Assembly: GCA_964035545.1 (NCBI GenBank)
Contig: OZ037768.1
Span: 8,340,741-8,404,740 of the forward strand
Origin: Bugula neritina
Lineage: Eukaryota > Animalia > Bryozoa
Direction: 5' to 3'
Length of the DNA stretch: 64,000 bases
In this document: piece after piece, positions 25,201 to 47,495 of the stretch
How positions within the stretch are numbered: position 1 is the stretch's first letter
Layout: the number at the start of each line of letters is the position of its first letter
Translations under genes and position numbers: made by a program
The notes under the pieces: model-generated
Told to the model about the DNA's origin: nothing
What the model saw: only the letters and a program-made list of their open reading frames with translations
Database searches by the model: none

Positions 25201-28048
25201 CATATATATTTTCTAGTAAACTTCAAAGCCTGTGAAGCCCAGCAAACAACTTGAACTTTATCATGTTTGATGGATAATTTCATCATCAATAAATAACTTT
25301 TCAACTGTAGACAGTTGAAATAGACAAAGTTACCCGCTCCTCGTCTAAACTTAGCATCCCCTTTGCTTTAGATTAAACTGAGAACTTTTTAAATGATGCA
25401 TTTAACAAATAGTGTGTTAGTATATGTAACAACCTTTCCATCACGCTTTCCCTGAGACAAGTAGAAGTTGGCCATCAGTGCAAACTGGTCAGTGTCCACA
25501 TCCATCTCCTGGCCTTCCATAGTGTCCGTGTTCACTTTTATAATCTTAGTCTTGACGGTAGCGTCTCCGTCCTGAAGGCGCACATTCGCTGCCATCTCGC
25601 TGTTGGTTCCCACAACTGGCCAGGGTCCAGCCCCAGCACCAATCACAAGCCCAGACGTTGTGTTGACCTCATTAGCAATATCCCTGATGTTGAACAACTG
25701 AAACATGCAAGTAATGTTAGGACAGATAATTACAGTTGGTTAAATGTGGTGAACAAATATTCATTTTTAACTAAAAATATGATTAGTACAATTAGGGTGT
25801 TTACAGCTTCAGTTCTAAGCTAGTGATAGTAAAGTAATGAAAGAAAGAAGCCTGAGTATTCTTTAATGCAAGTAGCTTTTAGGACAATTGTACAAAATTG
25901 AAAACAGTTGTTCATTATTAGCGGAACAAAATCTCAAAAATCAGACTAAATTTTCAGATAAAAATGGTGAAGATCCTTTATTTCAACTTCAAGAAGTTAT
26001 AAGTTATCTCACCTTGGTTTTGTCCATTAGTGGAATCAGAAAAGCTGGCCCACCAACATCTACCACTTTTTGTTCTCCACACAAGCCTATATTGTGCATA
26101 CAAGTCGTTATGTAAATATGCTAACAGAATTACAAATTGCTATAATATACTATATGTAAAAATATTGCCAAAATCAGAGCAACTTGCATTATGTTGAGAT
26201 GAAATATACCAAGAAGTTTACTTCAGCTTGCACTGTTTATGAATGCAAAGTTAAAAATTTTAAAAAGATTTGAATAATTAAAAAATAAAATAGACTTGAA
26301 ATTAAAATTTTCCACAAGTCAAAATACTTCATATAAACATGGGAAAAACTAAAACCCCACAAATAAATTGAGTAGAGATGCTGATTTTTCTAATAACTGT
26401 TTGCAGAATACCTGGTAAGGCTAAATTAAATGGCTTTTCAGTCAGATCTGGGCAGTCCACCACACTTACTTGCACTGATGCAAAGTGCTTTGCAAGACCT
26501 TCCTGTAACACTAGAAAAAAAAAGTTTATTCAACACCAAATTTCTATAGATTAGCTAGCATGCTGGCTTACGTTGCGTTTCCTATAAACAACAACTTCTA
26601 ATGAAAGATGTTGAGGACGCATAGAACTTAAATCAGTGCTACTGAATAATACTACAGAGGGAGAAATTACATTTCGATGCAGCTAGAATGTTGTAAAATC
26701 ACTAAGTGTGTTACCAACTACTAAAAACTAATTATTATGCATGCGAGTATATGAAATATGTAATAGAGGTGAAAACAGAAAGATAATTATTGTTTAATAT
26801 TTAATAACATTGTAATTTTTTATTAGTTGCTGTCACTAATTTTACTATTTTATACTTGATAATAAATATGTAATTGCTATATTATAAGTATTATGATAGT
26901 TTTGTGTTGAGTTCATAATATTTTTATATTGTGGAATGAAAGCACTGCTTCCGCCTCCTCCAACATTAAAAAAAACTAAACAGGGTTGTTGATTTCGCAG
27001 TATAGCAGAATAAAACTGTTTACCATGACACAAAACAGAAAGGAAATTTTAATAAATCATTTCAAGTAAACAAAATATTCATTAGTTTGACCACTTTCCA
27101 GCTGTTAGTAAGTAAAAAGTTAAACAGAATCCACAACAATAATTCACTTTGTACCAAAATTAAACAGCTGGTATGCTATATAGTAATTGCTTGAGTTGCT
27201 AGTGTTAGAGGTGATGAGGCACCATAAATAAAATAAAAGATCCCATTACAAATACAAATGTTGTTGATCATAATTACTGAAACATAATGCTAATAGTTTC
27301 AAAGATTAACCAAATAATAAGTGATAACTAAATTCAAAATGTATGCACAATATACAACTTGTTTTCACAACAAAATAAAACCAATAGTAATGATGAGTAT
27401 GCCGTGACAATATCAACATTATGCTGAACTCAATTACTGTGGAGAAATTTACAGTTGAAACCTATGTAAAAACTGTAAACATCAAACTAATTATGTCAAT
27501 GGTGAGGCAATCAATCTCAAAGGTTACGAACTGTGAACTCAACCGCAGTCAATGATAACATCAACATGTTCATTATTATCATTATGATAAACTCATTGTA
27601 AATAAAATATTATTTTTAATCATGCCAGGTGGGCAATTTATTGCTACTACTAGTACTACTAGTAGTAGTAGTACTACTACGTCTACTAGTACTACTACGC
27701 TTAACAGTAAAATAGTCATCATTTTCATAATTGCCATTGTCGTAATAAAAAATCTATAATCACAAAGATCATAATAATGATCATAACTTTATTATTGTCC
27801 TCAATTTGAACTTAAAGTTGAATTTTGACTTTTGATTTAACTTTAAGTTTAAGTTTAACTTATTTTGCGAGTTAGTAATGATAACACAGGGCCAGTGATA
27901 TGACTGTTTATAAAATAAAGCAATTGCATGTAAGAAAATCATAATTATGCAGTAAATTTCGTAAGAATTTACCTGTAGAAACATGATCTATTTCAGGTTT
28001 TAAAAGCTTTAACGTGGATTTAGGTAACTTCTCTTTTATTTCTGCCAT
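22259..28048 (-). CDS. C11orf54: Ester hydrolase C11orf54/PTD012 homolog (DUF1907), ~316 aa, 7 exons
   Basis: Exons: 28048-27973, 26510-26412, 26086-26013, 25697-25434, 23414-23265, 23007-22894, 22432-22259. Motifs VSVVDCPDL, VGGP, GAGAGP, LGGTF, HIMPDFS, and the Zn-ligand region LDLRVEHFHCF..GGHYHYDTTPD. Confidence 0.95.
23860..24323. repeat. Minisatellite: 20-bp tattactatacaatatacca units developing into a 51-bp higher-order repeat
   Basis: Degenerate units at the left; regular 20+20+11 bp units from about 24070 to 24323. Confidence 0.92.
24324..24490 (+). mobile_element. tRNA-derived SINE (second family)
   Basis: gggagcaggcgtagtctggtggttagc...gggtttgagtcccggc gives a tRNA-like A/B box head; the body differs from family 1. 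The 3' end is approximate. Confidence 0.6.
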
Positions 28049-28115
28049 TTTGCTTATACGCCCACTTCCTGTGCATGCGAAATGATCACGGAGTCAGCGT
28101 GATACATTCACGTGC
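28049..28115 (-). promoter_or_regulatory. Putative C11orf54 proximal promoter / 5' UTR
   Basis: ETS-like ACAGGAAGTG (minus strand, ~28063-28072), E-box CACGTG (~28109-28114) and a YY1-like AAAATGGC overlapping the start codon, in a locally CpG-richer stretch. Confidence 0.4.
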
Positions 28116-28830
28116 CTTGGAACTTTTGCAAATCCCATAGCTATGTCTCTTATAGACATTGAGATCCAACCAGTGAACAGAAAAATATTTAGTTCAGTGA
28201 ATCCAACGCTTTGTATAGTATAATATTATGGTCCATCGTAGGAATTGCTTGGTTATGTTCCAATTCTTAAAGTACTGATCTGCTTTGAAACATACTATCA
28301 CTGCAGATTGGTATTCTTCCAAGATTATACTTTGATATTTATCAACTTATAAATTCCACAGCTTGTCATTAACATTAATTTAATGATGTATAATAATTAT
28401 TACCCCATGAAATGTGATTTTTAAATCAGACAAGTTTTTTGCCCAGAATTAACTGCCTTTGTAGTTTAGTGACAGTACATTGTATATAGGATTTATTTTC
28501 TAGGTTATAAATTATAAAACCTTGTTATATTATCAGTTGCCAGTTAGTCTTTGCATACAAAGTAGCACTAACTATGTTGTTGCCAATAGTAATTTTCAAA
28601 TTACACATTTTTATAAGTAATTGCAAAGGATTTATAAATTGAGTAAAAATATAATATATAGTGTACAATATATAATACATAGATAAAAATAAAACACGAT
28701 GCAAGATTCGCATGTTGTGTAAAGCCACTTTTAGTATAAAAATATATCAATTATCAATATATTTACAATGCTATCAAAATAATTATGGCGTACATATTGC
28801 TATAAAACATAATCTATTATATTAGGAATA

Positions 28831-31800
28831 CTATGTTGCTGAAAAGTCGTTCTTTGCTTCTTCCATACAAGGCTGTGAGACACGATTTAGAGATAGCAGA
28901 CAGTTGATCTCTTCAGAAGAGCAAGTAATATTGTCATCAATGTTTTTTGGGGGTTTGCTGCTTGTGCAGCGGTAGCCTACAGCATATGGTGAAATTTGAC
29001 TAGCTGAAGAGACTAGGGACCTACTGTCTTCATTTTCTAGATCAGCTACGGGATGCCGTGGTATCACTTCTTCATAAACTGGAATCTCAATGTTAGATGG
29101 GGGAGGTGGGGGTCGCCCCCTTGGAATTCTATTTCTTGCAGCTCTCCTGTGTAATGACAAAAAGTATTGAATGATACTAGCATAGCATTATCAAAGTTTT
29201 GCATTACTTTGATGGCCTGTTCTCTACTAAACTGAACCTCTTTACGGAGATTACTATTCATCATTATCTAAGTTCCTCTACTTCTGAATTTTACCTTTCA
29301 TTCAACTGGCACCAAATACATGTATAGTGACTAACCTTCTCTGTCTCCTCACCACTATGGCCAGCAGCACAGTAATCAGCAGTACTACTACCACGACCAA
29401 CGCAACAACTGCATATGATGTCCAGCCATCAAAAGAGAAAACAATCTTGTTTGGAGGATCTTTACTAGTTGAGTCTATAAACAGGAAAAACTTTAAAGTT
29501 ATCATCATATCTCTATCTGTTACTACTTTTGTCTGTAAACACTGTTGCTAAGGGTTAGACTTTAGACCATGCTTTGCAGATTAGATTTATATTTCAAGCA
29601 CCGCTTGTTCCTACTCAATGATTATACAAGTTCTTCAACATTACCAGCTGTGGTGCATACTTTAAACAGCTCGTAATGCTATAGTAATAAATCAAAAATT
29701 AAGTAGAAAATGCAGCATTACACATTGTGAATAGTGAATAAAGGAAAGTTGCCAGCCTTCAAAATGAAATGAGAAAAAGAGAAAAATATATACGATTGTT
29801 GATGTGGGGAGCAGATAGATGTCCACACGTATAATTTAACAACATGGTCGCATTGAAGCAACTGTAATGCTTGCCATGTAGTGTATCGAATAGGTAAACA
29901 GACCTGACTTACCACTCACATCCTCTAATATAATGTCTCTTATAATAATATACAACTTCAAACTTAAGAAAAATAATACAATAGCAGGATCTACTGGAGT
30001 GTATTTTATGTGATTGACTCAATCTACACAGTGTTTCACACTTCAACATTGTTCACTTTAAATATTTACCTGGTTCAACAATTGGCCTTACTCCTGGTAG
30101 TACAGGAGGAGATGTTTTCGTCACAGAATATGAAGTTGTTGTTGAGGCTTCAGTTGGCACTGTATACTGAGGGATAACTTCTACAAACATCTACTCAATA
30201 TCTCAAACTGCATACACCACATTATTCATTACAATGTACAAAATTGCATTGCATGTTAGTTATAAAAGGCCAATTTAAACTTGCACCTAATTTGCAAAAC
30301 TTAATATATGAATTATTAGGCTACTTTATAGTCGATACCCACTACCTCAATTTTTTAGGCGATTCTTTCAAATGCAAACTCATAAAACTAGTTTGTAAAA
30401 ATATAATATGAGTAATATGCCTATATAAACACAATCTGATAGTATTGTAAAGAGATAATAGCTTGGAATATGTTATACATATCATTGGCAGATAAAAAGT
30501 ATTTTGTTACTGCAGCTTCAATAACGTTAATACAAGGGTATAAAGCTCAGTATAACACAAGCTAATAAAAATAACATATTTTTTCAATCTGATAAAACAC
30601 TCTTATTTGAAGAATGATTCCTACAGCTAGATTGGTGAACAAAAAAAATAGTAAATAAGGATGTGCCACATGAACTTATTAGTGGTCTAAAGAGTTTCTT
30701 GGAGCAGCCATGGTCTAAGGGTTAGAGCGGTTGCCCAGTAAAACATAAGGTCACTGGTTCGAGCTGGACAAAGGCTATTGGTGATGTTAGGAAGAGCACC
30801 CAGTCATAACTGCTTTTGTGTCACATACGAATAAGTTCGTAGCCCGCTTTAACAAAAACCCTTTACATCAGGGGGATGGCGACTATAAACTTGCTTTTTT
30901 TAAAAGAGTTACTTGGAACTTTTTACAGCTAGGATACAGCTTATTGTGATATCTATATTATTATGTTATCAGCTTTAGCAACATATGTTTGCTATAGCAT
31001 ATAATTGTATTGGTAGTAGCCTGTTAGTATGAGTTGTATAATATATTACATACCTTTCAAAGTTAGCACCTCCACGCAGTCCTGGTATCCAACATATAGC
31101 TGATCTCTTCTAGTAGATAGAGATATGCTGTGCAGTTTTTCACCACTACAACTTCCTCCTAAGCTGGGATTCCAAACATTATCTCCTTGTAAGTTGAGCA
31201 AGTTGAGCTGATATATACCCTCATAGTCCACAATTAAGAGCAAGTTCTCTGTAGACAAAATATAGAGATATTCAATATCTCTATCAAACTCCTCTAAAGT
31301 CATTATTGTGATAGGATTTGTGTTATCATTCACTCGAAGTAGGTGAGATCCTACTGATACTAACATATTATAGTTTTTTAAATTTACAGCTAAACTCTTG
31401 ACATTGTTCAACAAATGGTCATCTCGAATAATTGTTTCTATTACCACACTTTGATGGTCTGCTAATACTCTCAGCAACCGAATAGCGTTGTTTTTGGAGT
31501 CGGTTAAATAGTATGTGCCATTCTTGTAGGGAGACACTATTGCATTCGGCTCGTTAAATCTAGCTTCTGTAGCTTGACCATCACTAAACCCAGAGAATGT
31601 ACATTTACCAGCAAACAAACTTGTTGAGTTTGTTAATCTGTTGACCCATCGGAGGCAATGGTTTCGCTTATCAACAACTATGATATGGGTTGAGTTGAGT
31701 TGATAAAAACTTGATGTCAGATTGAACAATGCTGAGCTACCCTGGCCTTCACTGTATCCTGATCTGCCTCTTCCAACAAAAGGTTCAAGCTGCCCTCCAT

Positions 31801-32797
31801 TCTGTAAAGTACAGAGAGACTGAAAAGTTGCTACTATTAGTTGCTCTGGATTCTCAACATCTTCTTCAATATGATAGGCTGTTGATGGAAATATTGATGG
31901 AGCGTATTTCTCTGACTTTGTTACTGTCAACCTAGAGGTGCAATAGGAATAATATTCAATACATTAGGCTCTCCAGATATTCTAGTTTCATGGAGCAGCT
32001 TGGGAAAAGAAAAACAAGGCTTGGTTATAATAATTAATAACATTTATAAATCATCAACATCTGATTGTTTAATTATAATTTACAAGATTGATTTGCTTTT
32101 CTCCCACAAGTTATGTCAATCAAACTAATAATAAGATTTTAAAATAGGATATGGCATTAGTAGCGAAAACTATGATGATGCTTTACAAGACAAAGTTACA
32201 ATTATTTTCCCAACAGCAGTCATTCAAAGTCACACGGTAAAGAAAAACTGATGGAAAATGAATATGATATTGTAACCATGGGTAAAAGCACATTTACGGC
32301 ATAGTCTATTTATCATTTCCTTCTTTATATTGAGATTGAAAATCTTTGAAGACAAAGTTATATACAATCATCTTTCTTTAAAGACATATTGATGTTATAC
32401 TGGAATTGCATAGAAGGCAATATTTATACATATATGTTGCCAATTTTATATCTAAAGCAAAAGCTTTTTGCTATCACAACGTAAGCTTTTTCTCTAGGCA
32501 GAAATGCTTAAACTAGTTTTAAGATTAGTTCTCCATTAAATTACATTCTCAATATGAAAGATCTGTCTCTAGTTTATTGCTTCAATTCCGTGGATCCCAA
32601 TTATTCTGAATAGAAATGAATAAATTACAGTGAGTGCAAGCACAACTTTAATAAAGCTAGCATGATATGTCACTCATGCAACTACCTAGCTGCAGATAAG
32701 GTAATGTTACTGTAAAAGAGTATACATTAACTTACCCATGAGATACGGTTTTTAGTAAAGAAATGGTTAAAAGAAGTTGAGAAACTGCTTTAAGCAT
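28831..32797 (-). CDS. NHL-repeat beta-propeller type I receptor-like protein, paralog A, ~501 aa
   Basis: Exons: 32797-32736 (signal peptide MLKAVSQLLLTISLLKTVSHG), 31931-31054 (NHL: FAGKCTFSGFSDGQATEARFNEPNAI..YYLTDSKNNAIR), 30180-30070 (S/T/P stalk), 29474-29336 (TM YAVVALVVVVVLLITVLLAIVV-RRQRR), 29146-28831 (tail). Intron phases 2,1,1,2. Confidence 0.88.
30701..30900 (+). mobile_element. tRNA-derived SINE (family 1), copy 2, in intron 2 of NHL paralog A
   Basis: Same head, body and tail as the other copies; flanked by aaagagtttcttgga / aaagagttacttgga (TSD-like). Confidence 0.85.
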
Positions 32798-33323
32798 ATC
32801 TCTTCAGGTATGTGTGCTCTTTCTTCACATATGAATTGTAGGATTCATATGCCTATTCTACTGTAATTTACTCTACTCTACTCCACTCTACTCTACAATA
32901 CGATGGGTGTAGGCCTACAGCTATGTAGTTGACTGAAAGCCTGACTTTTAGTATTCTAACTGCAGTATAATCTTTGTAACTAAGCTTATCAGTATTGAGT
33001 CATATCAAGTTATATAAACACTAGTGCCTTGACTTTACAAAAACTTCCTTGTTTAAACAATAAGAAATACAATTCAAACAAGAAAGTAGGAATTAAAGTT
33101 AGTTATCATAGCATACTAGCTGAAAAATTGCATAATAGGTTTTGGCATAGCTCCAGAATTGTAAATGTATTGGCCATAAAGTGTTTATCTGTTTGTAATT
33201 TAATTTACATGCATATTGATTATAATGGATCGATCTAACATACGATTCAATTGATATTCTGCAATATCACATTACAAGTCACAATACCATAATGCCAAAA
33301 TATTAGTAAGCAATCATATATGC

Positions 33324-33326
<3 letters not shown>

Positions 33327-33402
<76 letters not shown>
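33327..33402. repeat. (TA)n microsatellite
   Basis: Perfect TA run just 3' of the paralog B stop codon. Confidence 0.98.
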
Positions 33403-33405
<3 letters not shown>

Positions 33406-33464
33406 AAAGCAATTGTTACTTCAATACTTTCTCTTGCTAAAGTTCTTCTTTGTTTATTTATTTA

Positions 33465-37324
<3,860 letters not shown>

Positions 37325-38654
37325 TTTAGTGACTCTTGTTAAAACTTATTCCATGTGAGATATTGAGTTGTGAATAAACTGTTTAGAGACTAGAAAGATT
37401 ACGATGTAAACTGTGTCCACCAGTCAACTGCCAGTATAACAAGATTGGAATGCTTTTTTATAAAAGACAAAATGTTGAGCTGCAGTTTTGCCTTTCATAA
37501 TGTGTCTATGTTGAGTAATTGCCAAGTTTTATCACCAACCCAGGGGTGATCATGTAACCATTGGTTGATTGATGTGACATGTTTTCCTTATGCCCACATT
37601 GTTCGCTACTGCTTTTTGTTAGTCAATGAAAACCAGCTTTTCAATCAGCATAATATTATGTTCCAAGTGATTAGTCATTGGCTGATAAAATGGTTGTCTC
37701 ATATTATAACTTTAAAGCACTCCTTTGTGCTATAATGTTTCTCTATTATATATTAATGGTACACAACATACAAACAAAATTCTAGAAAAATAAAACATAG
37801 AAATGTTTAGCTAATTAGGTGAAAGAATAGAAAGAGTGAGCTAACATTTCTTTTATTGGTTGTTATCAATATATAATATAGGAAAACATTATTCCCTCTC
37901 TGCTCTCATGGCTACAGAATTCTCAAGCATGCATGATTTTTCAACATAGCACTGAAAATTTGATTTGCTACACAAAAAGTAAACTTAGCTGTGTTATCGC
38001 TATGTAATGGATGTGGGAAGTCTTGTTTTCCAAACCACTATACATGTCACTAACACTTGTAGTAGAATACGCAGTTATTATATTATAAAGTTCCAAGAGA
38101 CAATAACTCTACACACTGGTCCCAGACTAACATTGTGAAATTCGTCATGTAGATGCGGCACCGCACCACTCATTACGGACACCATCGCCGGAACCCCACA
38201 GGGCCAATCAGATCCAACCCTCCAGTTATGAATAGCGCCTTCTGGCGCCCAGCCTCAGTCTTAGGATAACTATTGGATAGACTAGTATACTGTGTAAGTG
38301 CTTTTATGTGTACTTTTTTATAATTACTTGTATCTTTTACTCTTGTATAATTAGACCTTAAAGATAGACATTCTTTCAGCGATACCATTCTTCGGTTCTC
38401 TCTCAAACTCGTAGTTAGGTTATGAGCCAGTAATTCAGCATACGATAAAACCCCACTGATAGTTCACAAAGCTACAACAGCTATAGTTGGAGGGCTGCCG
38501 AGAAGTGCACGTAGTTTCTTTTTTTAATGCATTATTATTCTGATATAAAATACTTTAATCCATCATTCAAATAGAGCATAACTTAGACTTCAACATACAC
38601 GTTGTGTCTTGTCTGTATATAAAGAAATATTCAATTAGAGGTAATTTAACATAG

Positions 38655-38740
38655 CTGAAAGACTTCTGCTCCTCCATGAATCAAACCTCTGCCCTCTAGC
38701 TTGCAACCTAGCGTGCTAGTCAGTACACTACTACTTTCCC
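38655..38740 (-). mobile_element. Degenerate tRNA-like SINE head
   Basis: Minus strand gggaaagtagtagtgtactgactagcacgctaggttgcaagctagagggcagaggtttgattc resembles a decayed A/B-box head. Confidence 0.4.
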
Positions 38741-39452
38741 AATATGGATCTTTAACAGGATGCTTGTACGAATTGCATCATCGAATAAAAACCCTCCTGC
38801 AGCTCTATTTGATTAACACTCACTGCCTTTCCAAGCTTCAGATTATGTGAATAAATTTTTCATTTGAATTTTGGAAACAATTGTGTGATTGAAACCATAA
38901 GTTTATGCAAACCACAACCACAAATTCCTCCATACAAAATAATGCGGGACGTGGAAACGCAGTGAGTGTCCCCATGCATCAAACGAATCCATTCGCATAA
39001 TGGGAAAAAAGGGGAAGTAGTGTACATGGGCTGCTGGGGAATCTCAAAACCACAATAACATTTAGTTAGCATACAAAGAGTTATCCTTAGACACTTTTTA
39101 AACCATGTGTTTTTTGCTTCAACATCATAAGAAAATAATATGATTCCGCCTATGAGTTTTCTAGTTAGTTCTGGAGGAACTAGGAAGTACATTTAAACAG
39201 ATCATGTGACTAGGATGAGTTCCACTCACTAGTTTTTTATATATTTAGACTTTTCCCGTTGTGATAAGCGCTATATGAATATTTTACAACGCTTCATCAA
39301 GTATAGTAGGGTAATATGATAGCTCATAATAATGCCAGGGATGATTTTAGCAGCAGTTAGAAGTGTATAAGTTTTATACGTAAGAAAATACCTGCTGCAT
39401 AATGTGATTAATTTCCTGCATAATATGTATAGCATTCTATATGCGCAAAATA

Positions 39453-39495
39453 GGGAGCAGCCGTGGTCTAGGGGTTAAAGCGTTTGCTTTGTGAA

Positions 39496-39579
<84 letters not shown>

Positions 39580-39750
39580 TTTGCTTTGTGAACACGATGT
39601 CATGGGTTCGAACCCCGACAAAGGCCATTGGTGATGTTAGGAAGAGCATCCAGTCATAATTGCTCCTGTGCCTCGTTTGAACAAGTCCTAATAAAAACCC
39701 TTTCCAACAGGGGTTTCTCGCAGGGATAGCGACTATAAACTTGCGTGAGT
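39453..39750 (+). mobile_element. tRNA-derived SINE (family 1), copy 3, interrupted by (GA)n
   Basis: Best-preserved B box (gggttcgaacccc); 17-bp TSD ttctatatgcgcaaaat / ttctatatgcgaaaaat; internal (GA)n at 39499-39574. Confidence 0.9.
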
Positions 39751-41376
39751 TTCTATATGCGAAAAATCAATTGGGAGAAATTTGATTCTACTTTCCCAAA
39801 AGCTTTAGAAAAGTAGGTGTATCTATTGCCAATCAACGAGCCATAATTTATAATGACAAAACACATTTTATAAGGAATGCTCACCTGCATATTATAGCTT
39901 TGATTAGACTAACTTGGAATTCTTTGCATTCTTTTGGGTTTAAAAATTAACTATTTGGTAGGGGTAGTTACATCAATTTATCAAAACTGATATACATACT
40001 AACTTGTTTTGCTACATTACTATAATATACTTTATTATAGTTTCAAATACCTTAAATTTTATTTTTTGCTATATATTTTGTGGCCACTTGACATGATTGG
40101 ACTGATAAAAGTTTCAATTACAGCTGATATATTTTTGAAGCCAGTTTAAAGAAATACTATAACATAGTTTCTGTTAGTTCCATAGACTTGCCCCATGCAG
40201 TTTGTTTAATTAAATATAATTTAATGTTAAGTGGGAAATGATGCTGTTGAAATATATATGTTTTAAAAATGTTCATATGCTTCCCCTACATATAACGTTT
40301 TTATCATCATTACAGAAAAAAGGCTTTCTTCTTAATATCAACACGAGCTGTGTTTCTCTGTCACTAATTTAATTTTACATTATCCTTTATAGCTGAAAGT
40401 CATAGAAACTGATAAAATACTAGTCATGTGCAAATTGAGAATAAATCAGCTAAACATTCCAATATGTAGAAACTATTAACTTAGTATGTTGATAAAAAAG
40501 CACAGCAGTCACTTAAAATGTATTAAATGATTAAATTATGCCATCATCAAAACAATATGAATATACTCATGCTTGCTCTTAATACTGTGCAATACATCAT
40601 AATTTTATTTTTAGTTCAAAGGCTATAAAGTGAGTATAACATATTTAGTATCAGTGTGACATTAATTTATCAACAAAAATTATATATATTTCGAATAATA
40701 GTTTAATTTAAACCACATGTTGTCTATTGAATTTATTCAAAAAGACTGCATAGATTACATAACCTTTTGAATGCATGTACCAAATTTTCTTTTTTGAAAA
40801 GCGCAAAATCTTGCTAAGATAAAAATTGATTTGTTTGTGAAATCAGTCAAATCACACAACATTGCTCAAACCTGTGCAAATGTATTTGTTTCAATTTCAA
40901 GAAGTCTCAATTCGTATCCAGAGTTTGTCTTTAACACAATTAGCAGACAATTGATTGACAGTTTGAATAGGCTTAAAATAGACTGATGCTCAGCTGAAGC
41001 CGCTCAGCACTGACCATTCTCTTAATTAATCAATACAATTGATATAGCTTTTAATAAATCAAAATTTTCAGACATTATAATCTAAGTTGCTTGGTCCTGA
41101 AGACCAGCAGAGTTAAAGAATATAGTGTGGATGGGCAACCAGACAATGCACTGCTTTTCTGCATATCAAACTAATATCACGTCTGACAGGTTCCAATAAG
41201 CAGTTGATGAAAACTCTGTCTAGTACCCTCAGGCTTCTAAGGGCAAGACTGCAGATCTGAGTGCCCGTGGTTAGAGCTGGCTATTGTTTGCGCAATATCC
41301 TGAATGAGTTCTGCTTACCACTATGGAAAAGGCAAGAAAAAAAGGGCTAGCAACCAATGATTACAGCCAGCATGTG

Positions 41377-45539
<4,163 letters not shown>

Positions 45540-46729
45540 AGTTTAAGTAGTTGACTTTGTAATTTAGTGTAATTCGAAATCATGCTAATACATGATACAT
45601 TGGAAGGTTATGCAGGAAGCTTCTCCTACTCAGCTTCAATATAAGAATAAAATGAAAGTATGTATATTTATCTTGTAATTTGTAACTTAAGCACATCATT
45701 TATCAAAGTTACAATGCATGTATGAAATACACAAAAGATCATTTTCAGTGACATACAAATGTTTTATTCAGAAAGTTTCAATCATGTTATATAAATATTT
45801 CAATGTTATTGCTTTAATTGTGACAGATTGCTCATCTAAAAAAGCCATTTGGTTTTACAATATGAATAATAGCAAATAACTAATACTATTTTACATACGG
45901 GCTATAATGAACTTCTGTTTATCAAACATATGTGTCTTCCTTTTACTCTCAAATATTATTGAGACATATGAATATAGTGTATAAGAAATGACTTTATTTG
46001 CACAGACAGTGGAAAATACATCTTCGATGGTTACAAGTTTTAGAATATTTCATAAGATGACATCTGTAGTGTTGAGGTTACCCAGTAGTCCTTGTGGTGC
46101 AATGGTTAGCAAGTTGAAAGCTTCAAAATGTTGCTTGTACTGAGCATTAAATTTTTAACCTAAATCTTTGCAGACTATTTCAAAATTTTTGAATAAGATT
46201 AATATTTTATGTTCAGTGTTTCCTGTAACCATCTTTTCAAGGAGCTTTTGGTAATTGTTTATGCAATAATTTAGTTAATTAAAATTCTGCTATGAATGAA
46301 ATAAGCAAAGCAGCATAAATTACACTTACCTGTATCTAAAACATATAAAATCTTTATTAGTCATACATCGTAAAAACATATATTTTATTCATTTGCATTG
46401 AAATAACTAGTATTATGGGTTTAAAATCGTCATGACTATTGTTCTAGTTTAGGTCTAAGTATCACCCAAATGTTCTAATAGGTATCCATAACTATTATTA
46501 TAGAGAGGACAACTTCAAATTATAATACCTCCACTGATAGGTTGACGATTCTAGTTCTGCAACACTATTGGCTAAATCCACCCAACTATTACATTTGCAA
46601 TATTCACATGTCTGATATAAACGTTTACCTGCATTACCATATATTTTGTGCTCGCATACACTCGTTGGCATTTATTCAATCAAATACTGATAGACGGAGC
46701 CGGTCAAACTCAAACTCAGCCGATATTGA

Positions 46730-47495
46730 TATTCATAGTGATAGTGATAGTGATAGTCTTGAACTTGAAGTAATTTCAAATGCATTATCACTATTAATAT
46801 TATACTCCTAAAAATAATTAAAAACATTCATGCTGATACCATCATTAAATAACTATTAACAAATTATTATTAATTTATACTTATAGTTATAGTGATAGCT
46901 CAGTCAAATGCTCAAACCAAAACTCTAAGTCTAAGTCAAAGCATTACTATTAGATTACTATTACTATTAGTATTAGACTTAGTAAACTATTAGTATTGGC
47001 ATTAGTATTACTAATTAGTAATTTAGTCTGATAGTAATACCATAACCAATAGTAATACTACTAGTCTACTACAGTACTAATACTACTGCCACTAGTACTA
47101 GTATAAGATAAGTATTACATTTTGATTTACTAATTTACTATAAATATGATAAATATAATATTAATATTATTATTAATAGTGACTAGTGCTAAGTAAAACT
47201 AAATGTAATGCTATAACTATAAGTACAACTGTTACTATTAGTATTACTATTACTTATTAGAATTACTCTTAGTCTTAGAGTTAGTATAACTAATAACTAT
47301 AAGTACATGGTAATGTTATAAGTATTGGTATTACATTTTGATTTACTATTACTATTACAGTATTAGTATTACTATTACTGTTAGTGTTAGTTATAGTATT
47401 GCTTTTACCATTACTATTAGTATTAGTCATATTATGATTATCAAAATAACTTGAAGTTCAAGTGATTTTCATTATGATTATGATTTATGATTATG
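46730..47495. repeat. Cryptic 3/6-periodic TA-rich low-complexity tract
   Basis: Mosaic of tag/tac/tat/taa triplets (attactattagtattag...) with no single unit. Confidence 0.7.

Noticed and set aside
39453-39620. Possible tRNA genes at the SINE heads (15739, 24324, 30701, 39453, 54476, 46084)
   Set aside because: No complete cloverleaf; they continue into a shared non-tRNA body and several have TSDs, so they are SINEs or fragments.
37330-41370. Possible fourth NHL receptor paralog or pseudogene between B and C
   Set aside because: No NHL-like, TM or signal exon found; the short ORFs (38173-38406, 38860-39192) have no recognisable similarity and the region holds repeat fragments.
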